Assembly (NCBI RefSeq): GCF_048593235.1
Contig: NC_133620.1
Coordinates: forward strand, 295,321,765-295,385,764
Reading direction: 5' to 3'
Origin: Sminthopsis crassicaudata
Taxonomy: Eukaryota
Length of the DNA stretch: 64,000 bases
Each line of letters starts with the position of its first letter. Within the stretch, counting starts at the first letter, position 1. The notes beneath the pieces are model-generated. The model was given only the letters and a program-made list of their open reading frames with translations. It was not told the origin of the DNA and made no database searches. The position numbers and the translations under genes are program-made. Shown here piece after piece: positions 1 to 12,900 of the stretch.

Positions 1-180
1 TCTCCCGGCCGCCTCCCCTCGCTTCTCGGAAAGGTGGGGCTCTGGCCCTTAGTGGAGAGTCTGGTGAGACGTGAAGCCAAGGCTGCTCCTGTGCGGGATG
101 GGAGGTTCCGTTTGGGATGGGACAGAGCAGCCAGGCTGTGGGAAAGAGACGGCGCGAGGTCTGGGAGGCAGCGCGGAGGA
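1..180 (+). promoter_or_regulatory. CAMTA2: 3' edge of the CAMTA2 CpG-island promoter and probable end of non-coding exon 1
   Basis: CpG-rich start of the window with a candidate donor aag|gtgggg at 33/34. A probable acceptor ttccag| at 881 opens the ATG-containing exon 882-979. Confidence 0.45.
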
Positions 181-948
181 GCTGAACGAGTCCCAGCATC
201 TCTCCAGGGCTCCAGTGGCATTTGAGAAAGTCTTCAGTGAGGTCCTTCATTTAGAAACTGCAAAAGGAGGGGACATTGTCGGAGGCACCGAAGTATTCTA
301 CCCTCAGCTTCTCCCTGTCCAGAGGTCCAACATTCAGGTCCCCAGACCATTCTTCGGGACATTTTCTGCTTCAGGGTTATATGGCCCCCAAAGGCCCGGG
401 TTTTCTCAGTCTTGTGAAGGACACAATTCTGGTTTATTTCCCCCACTTCCCTTAGCCCTCATGTTTAGTTGCCATCCCCTGGCTCTTTACAATGCAGTGG
501 AAAGGGGGCTGGCTTGAAAGACACTCTGTCAGGAACTGGCTAGTTTAACATGCCTCTTCAGGCCTCAGTAATTTCAACTAGAAAATGAGGGAGTTTTAGA
601 TTTCTGAAGTCTTTTCTAGCTCTAAATCTGTTTCTCTATAACTTAGTTCCCTTATCCTTATCCTCCAAGTTATCCCTTTTTTTATACAGTTTGGTTCCCA
701 TTCCAAATCTTTCTGTTTTTCCAGTCCTCTCTATATTCCTTTCCTGAAGCTATTCTTCAGAACTCTCCACCCCCAGTCTTTCCCCCTCAAGAACTACAAC
801 TTCCCAAGGACTGTGTTCTTTTCTTTGGTGGGGTAAGAAGGAGGAAGATGCTGAGTATGAGCCCGCTTTATCTTCTTCCAGGACATATGTTTCCTCTTCC
901 TGGCCCATCAGGCAGAGGGTGACCTTGTCATTTGGAGCTACCTTCACC

Positions 949-3900
949 ATGAATAACAAGGATACCACTGAAGTTGCTGGTGAGTTCTCTGTTGCTCTCC
1001 CTCTCTCCCCGCCCAATGCACCAGCTTTCAAAATTTTAGGGTTGAAAGGAACTTTGTCAGTCCTTTAGATTCATTTTTCTCATTCTCTAGTAAGAGGACA
1101 TTGACTCCTATTTTCCGATTCTTTTCAGAGAACAGCCATCACCTGAAGATCTTTCTCCCCAAAAAGTTATTGGAATGTCTTCCCAGATGCCCCCTACTGC
1201 CTCCTGAACGGCTACGATGGAACACAAATGAGGTTCCCAAGGATGCTATATAGACAAGGGTGGGAGGAAAGGCTTTTGTCCTTGATATAGAAGGCCTGAT
1301 ATAGGTCAGAAGAGGGGAATGGCTTAATTTTGTTTTTGACAGGTATGTGTGTCTTGGTATCCATACACCAGTGGTCCTCAAACTTTTTAAACAGGGGCCA
1401 GTTCACTGTCCCTGAGACTGTGGGAGGGCCGGACTATAGTAAAAAAAAAACCTCACACTCTGTCTCCGCCCCTCAGCCCATTTGCCATAACCCATCCGCC
1501 TGCATAAACATCATCAGTGGGCCGCATCTGGCCTGCAGGCCATAGTTTGAGAACCCCTGCCATATATCAATCAGCAATTAAGTGATTAACCACCTACAGC
1601 ACTTAGGGCACCCTATCAAGCTTATAGTTAGCTAAAGAAACAACTAACTAAAATTAAAAACTAAAATTTTATTTCAGTTATATAACTATACCATAAACTC
1701 CTTGAAGGCAGGAACCCTCAACTATCCAATGTAGTACTGTGAGTACCATGAAGATAAAAGAACTCAAAAACTCTTCATTGGTTTGATGGGTTGATTTGGT
1801 ATAAAAACATAATTTAGTTATCCATAGTTGATCAGTGTCAATAATACAGATAATAGGTGCTATGGGGTATCACAGGATGGAGAGATGGTTGTAATTTGGG
1901 CTGGTGAGGGAAAGGCAACGTGGTGTAATTAAAAGAATACTATATTTGTACACAGAAGCTCTGGGTTTACGAGCCTTGGTTTATTCATTTATAAAATGAC
2001 GAGATTGGATTAGATGGCTTCTGTAACCTCTAAGGTTTAATAGAATATAAGCTTCTGAAGGCATAAGACTGTTACATTTTTTTTCCTTCATAGCCCATGT
2101 TCCCTCTATTAAAGCCAGAAAATAATTTAAATTTTGGTTTTTCATACCACTATTAAGTTTTATTTTTTCTAGTCATGTATTTACATGCAGAATGAAGTTA
2201 CTCAAAGATTCATTGTAATTTAAACTTTATTTAAATGAGAAAGTATTGCGACTTAAAGGATGGGCAGAATTCACACAGGTTAAGGATTTGTATGTTTGTT
2301 TTTCAGTAACAGGCCACTTCAGAAAGCCATATATGTGATGGACATTTTTTTTTATCATTATAGTTATTAATTGATCTAATTGTAATATGATTCCTGGGAG
2401 CAATTACATAGCTGTAGTGGCAGGCTGATGATTAGGCTCTAGTAACCTAAGAGTCCTAGCTTAGAGAGCAAGGCATTGTTTTGTTAATCTTAGCTGCATT
2501 TGGCCAAAGACCTCATGTTGGATACCCAGAAAATGGATGAAAAGATGAGAAACATCCAAATGAGGGAATCATCATGAGTTGAATTGGAAGCTAGACTACT
2601 TTGCATTTGTGTGGCTAGGATGAATAGTTGATCATGTGAAGAAACAAAGGTAGATTAGGTTGGAGAAGAAGATTAGGGGAATATTGTATGTGTGTTGGAA
2701 TTGGGGGTGTGGAAGGAAAGAATTCTTGAATGCAAGACCAAGAAATTTGGACTTTACCTGTTATGTAGTGAGAAGCTGTTTATATGTTTTTGAACAGATG
2801 GAATAAGAAGCATGACATGAGAGTGATAAAAGATTATTAATCTGATAATAGGAAGAAAAACCAGTTGATAGGGAGAAAAGAATTTCAGTAATTCCAAATT
2901 TGAGATGATAAAGACCTGAACTAGGGTGGAGGCAGTGGGAATGGAAAGTATCTAGTGGAAGAAAAAGATCAGATTTTTGTTGTTGACTCAAACGAGTCAG
3001 GGAAAATAAATAGCTTTTGGAAAATCTCACTTAGTTTGTGTTGGAAAATGAACATAAGGAGGTGTTAGGATGCTCTTGATCATGTCAGTGACAGAATAAA
3101 GAAGTATCTCTCATGCATTTACAAGGCAAAAAAAAAAAAAAAAAGGAAAATCTCACTTAGCCCTTCTGTGAAAAGCTCCTGGGGAAAAAAGAGAGGGTCA
3201 TAGTTTTTTTTGTGTCAAGTCAGAGAAAATAGAGCTTCTGAGTTTCCTTTTGGCTGTTATTAAGAGACAGTCAAGCCTTAACAGGGCCTATTCCTGGGAC
3301 ATTCCCTCCAGCATCCAGAACTTGGTAGTGAATAAGCCTTTTGAGTTTTGACATGCCAAAAAAGAGTAAGAATAGGAACTTGAAAAGAAAAACTATAAAA
3401 TGAAAGGATCAGAGAAAAAATAAGGAGGAGGAAGAAAACAGGATGAACATTTTTTTTTTCCCTCATAGGAGATTGCCTCTTACTTAATCACCTTTGAGAA
3501 GCATGATGAGTGGCTATCCTGTTCCCCAAAGACCAGGTAAGGGGACATGGAAGAGATTATTAAGTCTAAGGACAAAGGATTCCAGTGCTTGCTTTACCTA
3601 GTTACTTTCTTCTGTGCTTCTCTAGGCCTCAGAATGGCTCCATCATCCTCTATAATCGAAAGAAGGTAAAGTACCGAAAAGATGGCTACTGCTGGAAGAA
3701 GCGGAAGGATGGAAAGACCACTCGAGAGGACCACATGAAACTTAAGGTGCAGGGCATGGAGGTAGGGGAAGATCCTTAGAGTTTGAAGTCCTGTTCTTCC
3801 TCTGCTTTAGTTTTTAATCATTCATGCTTTGCCTCCCTTCCTAAAATCCAAGTGTTACTATAGTTACCTCTCCCAGCCACAATCTTAGGTCAACCATCTC

Positions 3901-6900
3901 ACTTCTTGGGCTGTAAACTGGTTCTCCATTTCTTTCAGTAACCCAGTTGTCTGGCCCTCCACTTTGTTTCTCACTGGGACTCATCCATGTCCTAGTTCCT
4001 CAGATGCTTTCTTTATAAATCTTTGTATGTGGTCTGAGTCCCAAATCTTAGCTTTTATCATTCCTCCTTTTTTCAATGTTCTAATACCTATGTCATGGAT
4101 GTTCCTAGAAGATTCTACTTTGAAAGTACTGAATACTTAACGCCCTTCTTTTTTTTTTCATCTCCTTAACTCTATGCTATTTGGGTTTGGGGATACCTAG
4201 GTTAATGGGGGTGACTCATGGGGGAGATGAATTATTTGAGAGGGACTAAAGAGAAGAGGAGGTGGGAAGCAGCCTTCCCCTCCAACTATCTCTTGGCAGT
4301 GTCTCTATGGCTGCTATGTTCACTCCTCCATTGTTCCCACATTCCATCGGCGCTGTTACTGGCTGCTACAGGTATTGAGGGGATTGGGGAATCAGATTCT
4401 TGGGAGGGAGGGAAGAGAGAAAAGGCTGGGCTCTGAGAGAGGAAAGAAGTTGAGTTAGAGTAAAGAGGGTAATGCACTTAGAAGGCCAAACACCTGGGTA
4501 TTTGGGAGGAATGGGAATTTATGAGGGAGGAATAAAAGCTAAAAAGCTGCTGAGGGAGGTGGAGAAGAATAGAATTCTGGGAAGGGAACTAAGTACTAAG
4601 GGGCGGAACATCTAGGTCCCAGTGTCTACTGGCACCCTGTGTCTACCATTACTGCCCTCAGAACCCTGACATCGTCCTTGTGCACTACCTGAATGTCCCT
4701 GCCCTAGAAGATTGTGGGAAGGGCTGTGGCCCCATCCTTTGTTCCATCAGCAACGATCGAAGGGAATGGCTCAAGTGGTCCAGGGAGGAGCTGGTGGGGC
4801 AACTGAAGCCCATGTGTAAGAACCCCAGAGTAAAAGTGGGTCTCAGGGTACCCTCACAGAAGCCAGGATGACTTTTAGGTGCCTCTGAAGTGACCAGCTC
4901 TCTATAGCTAGTGAGGAAATTTGATCCCTTTGCTCTTGGGAGCTGAAATGCTGGTGGATTCTCAAGGCCTTATAATGCAGAAGTGGTGGGGAAAAGGGAA
5001 AGATAGAAATTACATATCCCAGGAAAGCTCAGAACAGAAACTTTTCCTAGGCTACTAGTCCCATAGCATCATGGGAGTTGTAGTCCAGTGAGGGAGAAAG
5101 GGATAACAGGGGGAATTTAGGGACTGGATTTTCTTAGGTTCACACAGCAGGCCCTCCCTCCTCCCCTTTTCAGTTCATGGCATCAAGTGGAGCTGTGGGA
5201 ATGGGGCAGGTGAGTTCTCAGTGGAACAGCTGGTGCAGCAGATTCTGGATACCCACCAGGCCAAGCCCTTGCCCCGTACCCATGCCTGCCTCTGCAGCGG
5301 AGGGCTCGGTTAGTGATGATACCCGAGGGCTCCTTCTGACTCTGACTTCTATTCCCCACTGGGGACAAAAACATCTTTTATATTTGTTTGCATGCTAATT
5401 TATATATATTTTGCACATTCTTTCCTAACAGTCCAGTAGGACTGAGGACTTATTCCTCAGGGCCCCATCTTTTCTTCCAGAAATACCTTCCCAGGCTTTA
5501 GGCCAGTTTCTTACTGTATCATTTATCGTTGTGACTCCCTCCCTCAATCTTTGTGCACTATTTAAGTATAGGCGTCAGCTCACTGCCTTTTTTCTTTCTC
5601 TCCACCAGCCTGTTTCCTTTCCCCTAGAAACCCTACAATTCCCTGTGTTCTTCTCCTTGCAGTACCTGTCCAGCCAGAATTTGTGGCATCTCTGCTGCCC
5701 CAATGGCCATAAGCATTATTACACATCTATCTATATTGGGGTCTTAATGGATAAAAAGTATCTACTGGAGAGTAATTGCAAAGTTGTCTTACTCTACTCC
5801 TTTTCTTTCTTTTCTACCCCATTCTTCACTACAGGTTCCACGGGGACCCTACCCCACAAGTGCAGCAACACCAAGCACCGAATCATCTCTCCTAAAATTG
5901 AGCCTCGGACCTTGGCCATACCCCCAATCCCACCTCCAAGACCCCCTGAGCCCCTTCCACAGGCTGTTCCACCCCTTACTGAATCCTCTGAGCTCCCCAA
6001 GGTTGATACTTCACCCTCTTCCTCCTCTTCCTCCTCTTCTTCTGGTTTTGCTGAACCTTCTGAGATTAGCCTCAGATCTCCAGTAACTCCAGGAGGATTG
6101 CCCCGGGGAGGACCTGCTCTCCTCCTGCTGACAGGTTTAGAGCAGCTCACTGGGGGTTTAACTCCTAGCAGGCACTTGGCTTCTCAGCCTGAGTTTGGGC
6201 CCTCCCTGGGCCTGGCCCTGGTGCTAAGCCCTCAGCCTCCTGCCCCAGCTGGCCCTCCCAGTCCTGCCTTTGATCCTGATCGATTTTTCAACAATCCCAG
6301 TCAAGGCCAGACTTATGGGGGTGGGCTAGGGGTGAGTTCTAATTTCCCTGAGGTGAAGGCAATCAGAACACCTTGCATAGCCCTGGAACCTGCTGCTGCT
6401 CTGGAGCCTGTGACATCTAATCAAGGGACAACTCCTAAGTCTGGAGAAGGAAAAGAAGGAAACCGATTCTTTATCCAAGATGATGCAGGTGGGATGGGAA
6501 CTGGGCCTGCCACAGTCTCCTCATCTCCATCCATAGAGCCATCAGTCCGACCTGGAAGAGGTGAAGGGCTGTTTGGAGGACCAGGGGGGACCAGTGAACT
6601 AGAAACTTTCAGCTTGTCTTCCTTCCCAGACCTCATGGGGGATCTGATCAGTGAAGAGGCTCCAAGTGCTCCTGGCCCACCATCTCTTAGCATTATCACT
6701 GACTTCTCTCCTGAGTGGTCCTATCCAGAGGTAAGTATCATATTTTTTCAACATTTACCCTCAATATTTACTGTCCTAGTCCTATTTTGAGTTTTACCTT
6801 AAACCTAAGTTACCACAGTAACTATAGCCATATTTCCCTTGTAGTCTATGATCTAGATTCTGTAACTTCCCTCAAATTTTTAAGTCATGTGGCCCCTCTT

Positions 6901-9900
6901 GTTTTCCATGTTCCTTCTTCCTCAATTATCTTACCATATACAGCATATCCCAAAAGTCTTGGTATATTTTTTAACTTAACTATATTGGAACCCTTTGGGA
7001 TGTCCTGTGTATTATTCAGAGGGTATTCCCAATTTCGGTTACTGTCTATTTAGATGAGACTATTTACTTGTTCACAGGGTGGGGTCAAGGTATTGATCAC
7101 AGGCCCTTGGACAGAGGTCTCAGAGCGTTATTCTTGTGTCTTCGACCACATCCTTGTGCCAGCCTCACTTGTCCAGGCTGGTGTCCTGCGCTGCTATTGT
7201 CCTGGTATGAAAGAGTGGAAAGCACTGATAAGATATGGGGAGATAGTCTTTAGATGCAAGCTTCAACCATTAATGAAGGCTGGGGACTTAATAGGGAAGA
7301 ACCAGAAGGTCACCAAAGTTATGGCTTAATCTAGTCTCTAGTGTTTTCTCCAGAGTAACCAGGACTAAGGAGGCAATATGGGGCAGTAAAATGAATCCTG
7401 GACTTGGAGTTAGATTTGGCTTCCAGTTTCAGTTGTTCTTATTCATTGTGTGCCTTAGGCAAGTCATTTAACTTATCTGAACCTTATTTTGTATTGTCTG
7501 GTCTCTTTATACATGTATGGAGTTAAGGGGTCTGTCAAATTTAATCCAAGGTACAAAAAGAGAAAAGGTTTAGGGCTCTGAGAGATGGAAATGGATAGTG
7601 GAAAACACTCAAAAGACCTGGGTTCAAATCCTAGCTCTACTACTTACTAGTTATATGATTATAGGCAAGTAATTTTCTCTTACATGACATACAAATGATT
7701 CTTACCACTACTGAATTCACATGATGGTTGGGCTTTTCATTCTATAAAGCACTATATAGATTGAATCACTATTTTTATTACTGATTTCAATCCCAGGATG
7801 CTAAAATGAACCCTGGCCTCATAGCCCAGACCCATTGCTAAGAGACATCCTATTCTAATATGCCTATCAACCAGGATCAGAGAAAAACTTCAATGATTTC
7901 ATCCCTGATAAACAGGAAGATGCAGTTTCTAAAACAATCAAGGAATCATAGGAATGACCCACCTATTCACACTTGTGTTGTATGTTCCACTCCTTCCATA
8001 CCACACTATCTTGTGAGCCTGGAGGTATAGAGATGAAAAGAATAGAGCTTCCAGTCAGGACCTTAAGTTTTACACTCAAATGGCCATGAGAATAGCCAAG
8101 TCATAAGCCAAACTAGACTCCATTCCTTGAAAACTTTTTCCTCTTTTACTCAGTAGTTAAGATAGATGATAATGAGGGGAGAAAACAGTGGGATCTCTTC
8201 ACCAGTCAAGGTGTAGAGAGTTCAGACTTTATCTGGCCAAACACTTGGAGTCACCATTGCCAAGGAGCACATTTCTCCAAACATCCAGGTTTTTGGCATC
8301 CTCTGGAAGATGTAAAGCAAGAGTATGGGCAGGATAAGGTCTCAGGACTTTGCTTCAGGTCTCTGAAGTTGCTTCTCAGTAAAAGAAATTGACATTCTTC
8401 TCCCTCTCCCTTTGTCTTCTCTAGCTCATGAGGCAGGGTTGGTATCTCTTCAGGTGGCAGGAGAAGAGGGCCCACTCTCTGCCTCTGTGCTCTTTGAGTA
8501 CCGTGCTCGACGGTTTTTAGCTCTTCCCAGCACACCACTTGACTGGCTGTCCTTAGATGGTAAGTACCTAATCCCACCAAACGCAATTATACATTCCTGT
8601 AATCCCTGTAGCTAATTGGTTTCCATTTCTTTGAGGGAGTTGGTTGGAAATCTAGTCTGTAAGTCAATAAGCAATTCTATGCCAGATAGTTTGTATCCAC
8701 AAGGAACTCACAATCTAATAGGGAAGACAAGATTCAAACAACTTTGTACAAAACAAGTCATGTACAGGATAAATGGGAAATGAATATTCAACAGAGGGTT
8801 TGGGAAAGACTTCTGTAGAAGGTGAGATTTTAGTTAGAACTTGAAGGAAGACAGAGAGGACTCCAGGCATAGGAGACAGTAAAAATCCCTAGGGCTGAGA
8901 GATGGAGTTACTTTTTCCAGGAACAGGAAAGAGATCAGTGTCACTGGATTGAAAAGAGGTAGATGGCTAAGTTATAAAAGACTTTGAACAAGTAGAGAAT
9001 TTTATAATTCATCCTGGAGGTGATAGAGAGCCACTGGAATTTATTTAAAATTTGGAGGATTAGGAGGAATATAAACCTGTGCTTAAGAAAATTACTTTTG
9101 CAGAGTTCTCTAGCTTCTAGCTCTCCAGTTATGTCCAGGGCCTAGTTCTTATTTTTACTTGATCTATAACAACTTTCTTCTTTACCTTTTCTTTCCCAGA
9201 TTTCTTATACTCCATCTCTAAGCCCTGAAGCTTTTTCTGTTTCCTTCTCTGGGTTTTGGCTATTCCTGTCCGAGAACGTCCTTGGGGCCTAATGCTTAGG
9301 TTATCTGTCTTCCTTCAAAGTTTTTCAAAGTTCCTCTATATTCTTTGTCTTGGTGTTTTGGTTTGGTTTTTTTTTTTCATCTCTTTTTTCCCTCTTCAGC
9401 CATCTTATAGGAAAAGAAAGCTATAATGTAATATAGTGAACAATAGTGAGCCTGAAGTCTGGAGATGTGCCCCCAAGGTCCAAATTATCCATATAATAGT
9501 TGTGTGATGTTGGCCTTCTTTCCCTCTTTGTAAAATGGTGCAGACGACAGCATTGTTGTGAAAAAATTTTATGAACATTAATATGTTTTTTTAAACAACC
9601 TATCATCATTGTTTGTGCCCCATCCTGACAGCTTTTTTCTGGTGAAATTCTCAATGTTAAAAATTTTAGAAATTCCTATAGCCAAAGCACTGGCTTTGGA
9701 GTCAAAGTTCAAGTTTTTACTTTCTGACACCCCTGTGAACAAATTAGGAGAGATTTCCAAAACTCATTACCCAACCTTTGCCATTCTCTCTGTATTATCA
9801 TGTAAATTGATTTGGGATCTAGATGTTCAAATTGTATTCTGAGTCAGGGTCTCTAGTTCAGGTTTGAAGAAAATATCTTTCTTTTTGAGTATTCTTTTCC

Positions 9901-12900
9901 TCTTAGATCTTGGGATACTTCTCATTTCCGGTGTTTGAACATTTGTTTCCATTGTTTCCAACTCAATCTCCTATTCCTTTCCCCTACAAGACAACCAATT
10001 CCGGATGTCCATACTGGAGCGACTAGAGCAGATGGAAAAACGGATGGCAGAAATGGCAGCAGCTGGACAGGCTCCTCCCCCAGCTCCTGACCCTCACCCA
10101 GTGCAGGTATTTGGAGAGAGGGAAAATGCCACACCTCCCATAAGCAAGCAGCTGTGGTGTTTGACCCTCCTTACTTTTCTTCCTTCCTCTGACCTCTTTA
10201 ACTTGGTTCCCCTTTTCTCTTCCCAGTATACCATATCTCCCAACACTACCTTCTCTTCCAAGGATAGCTATTGTGGGTGCCATTGTGGCATGCCTACTTC
10301 CTCCAACTTTTTCTGTTCTAGAAAGGGGGAGAAACTGGGGAAGGAAACAGGATGATCTTAAAAGATCTAGTGGTCCTGATTTATACCAGTGAACTGGAAA
10401 CTATATGGCACTATTTTAGGGACAAAGATACCTAGATGCCTAACCAGAATGGTCTGGAAAGAACTAAAAGGCAGGAGGCCTGATTTCTAGAGGGAAGTGG
10501 AGACTAAAGATAGAATTGGAAAATGGAAGTAGGAGAAGAATATTTGGGTCTCAGTAGGTGAATTTAACAGTAGGATTAAGGCTGTTTGAAGACTATGGGA
10601 GAAAATGTTTGGGTGCCTGAGGCAGGAGGCAGGGTTAGTGAGCACTAGGATAAATTACTGCCAGTAGAAGACAAGATACCTGGGCCCCTAAAGTTAGCAG
10701 AAGCCAAGAGACCAAAACCTAGGCCTTTGGATGAGGTTGTGTGTATTACAGGGAGGTGTCCTGGGGCCTGGGTTTGAGGCCCGTGTGGTGGTCCTAGTAG
10801 AACGTATGATCCCTCGTTATGGCTGGCGGGGCCCTGATCACCTGGTACACGGGGGACCCTTCCGGGGTATGAGTCTCCTTCACCTGGCAGCAGCCCAGGG
10901 CTATGCTCGCCTCATTGAGACCCTGAGCCAGTGGAGGTGAGTACAGGTTGGGAAGGGAAAGGGTGGGGAGTGGGTTGGAAGGTGGAGGCCAGAATAGTAG
11001 TTCCAGGGTCAGATAGAAATCAGTAAAGTGGGGGGCGGGGTTATTATAGGTAAACAATATGGGATTGAGGAGAGGTTAGAAATTGGGAGCCAAGAAAATA
11101 TAGATGTCCTTGGCCTTGTCTCCTAGGCCTAAAGTACTCCATAACCTATTAATTTCTTAAGGTTTCTTGACCCTATTCATACCCTCACCCTGACTTGCCC
11201 TTCTAGATGTCTTGACCTCTGGTCCCTCATCTCCTTGATGTCTGCCCCTTTTAGTCCAATCTCAACTTGGATTTACCCTCTTGTGCTCTGATTAGCTTCC
11301 TTTATTCCTGTCCTTCTCTTGCCACCTCCAGGACTATGGAGGCAGAAAGCCTGGACTTGGAACAAGAGGTGGATCCACTTAATGTGGATCATTTCTCCTG
11401 CACTCCTTTGGTAAGGAGACAAGATTCATGATCCCTCAGTGGCTACTGAAACTGGGGTAGGTGGGTGGTCAGAGGGGAAAGAGTAAGGACACTTAAATCC
11501 TTTGAGAGGAACAGAGATAAAGGGATGTGGAGATAAAGTCATAGACTGAATGGTTGACTTCTTAGGGGAAGGATAAAGGTATTGTGTCTAGCCTTTACTG
11601 TCTATTCTTCCATCCCAACCCTCTCTTCCCTAGATGTGGGCCTGTGCCCTAGGTCACCTAGAAGCGGCTGTTCTCCTTTTCCAATGGAACCGCCAGGCAT
11701 TGAACATCCCTGATTCTCTTGGCCGACTACCCCTGTTTGTGGCACATTCCCGGGGGCATGTACAACTTGCCCGATGTCTAGAAGAGCTACAGAGAAAGGA
11801 AGTTCCAGTTGAGCCCCTACCTACCCCTTTACTGTCTTCTGCTAGTTCTGACACTGGTGAGGATATTGACAGGAAACAGGAAAGAAAAAAGTAAGGGGAA
11901 TCAAGGAATGGATTTGAGAAATGTGAGAGGAGAGGGAAGCTTTGGGGTGGGAAGTAGCTTAGAGGAAGAGAGATAGGATGGAGGGGAAAAACAATTGCAG
12001 CCATAAGGGTAGAAAATAAAAGAGGTAGTCTAGAAACAGGGAGTAATAGTAGGATGTAACCATTAGGTGAAAAGGGTAAAAGATGTAGGAGGAACTAGTA
12101 GGGCTACTTTGGATGGCACTTACTTTGATTATAAATAACTTTTTGAATTGCTGAATCTTTCCCTTTTCTCCCACCCTTTTAGGTCTGCACAGTGTCTCCT
12201 CATCTTCAGAGTTGTCAGATGGCATGTTCTCTGTCACTTCAGCCTGTTCTAGTGCCCCAGACAGCAGTCCCCCTCCTGCTCCTTTGCCTACTTTGGAGGA
12301 AGCCACTGAGGTGACACAGCCAGGCCAGTCTTCTCATGGTCTCTCCAAAACTCCCAACCTAGTCATGGAGTATAAGGCCAGTAACTCACAGGGACTTCCC
12401 TCACCTCCCTCTGTGAGTGAGGACTCCACAGTAGAGGCTCCAATCCCAGGTTATGGGGCCAGTTCAAAAGAAGTTGATTGCCATCAGGCTGTGGACATAA
12501 TACAGGTATTTATCAAACTGTCTAGGGAGTGAGGATTTCAGGATACTTGTGAATGAAGGTGGAAGAGAAGAGGTTAGAAAAAGCAGGGAGAGAATCCTAG
12601 AGAATCTATGAAAAGACCAAAAGTTTCTTTTCTAGAGTGGTTTGGTCCTGGAAGGCATTAGGGTGGACAAAGTTGACCCATGTTTTTTCAGTACCCGTGA
12701 ATCTTACCTAATAAATTGGACAGTGATATGCTTACACTAAAAACTTATAAACTCCTGAGAATGAAAGAATATATTTTTTATTTGTCTCATCATATGTATT
12801 TAATATTATATGTATTGTACTATGTTCTGTTCTAAGATACGCCTAACCCTTGAAGTGCTTACACTCTAATTGGGAAGGACATTCCCATAAAAAATTTAAA

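Noticed and set aside
71-517. 148-aa ORF near the CAMTA2 promoter
   Set aside because: It starts at a non-ATG codon, has no recognisable domain and lies in probable intron 1.
1233-1240. Weak donor GTTCCC considered as a possible U12-type intron
   Set aside because: It lacks the U12 consensus GTATCCTT and is better explained as a weak U2 donor fixed by phase and homology.
5531-6790. 419-aa ORF treated as a stand-alone gene
   Set aside because: It is CAMTA2 exon 5835-6730 extended into the flanking introns.
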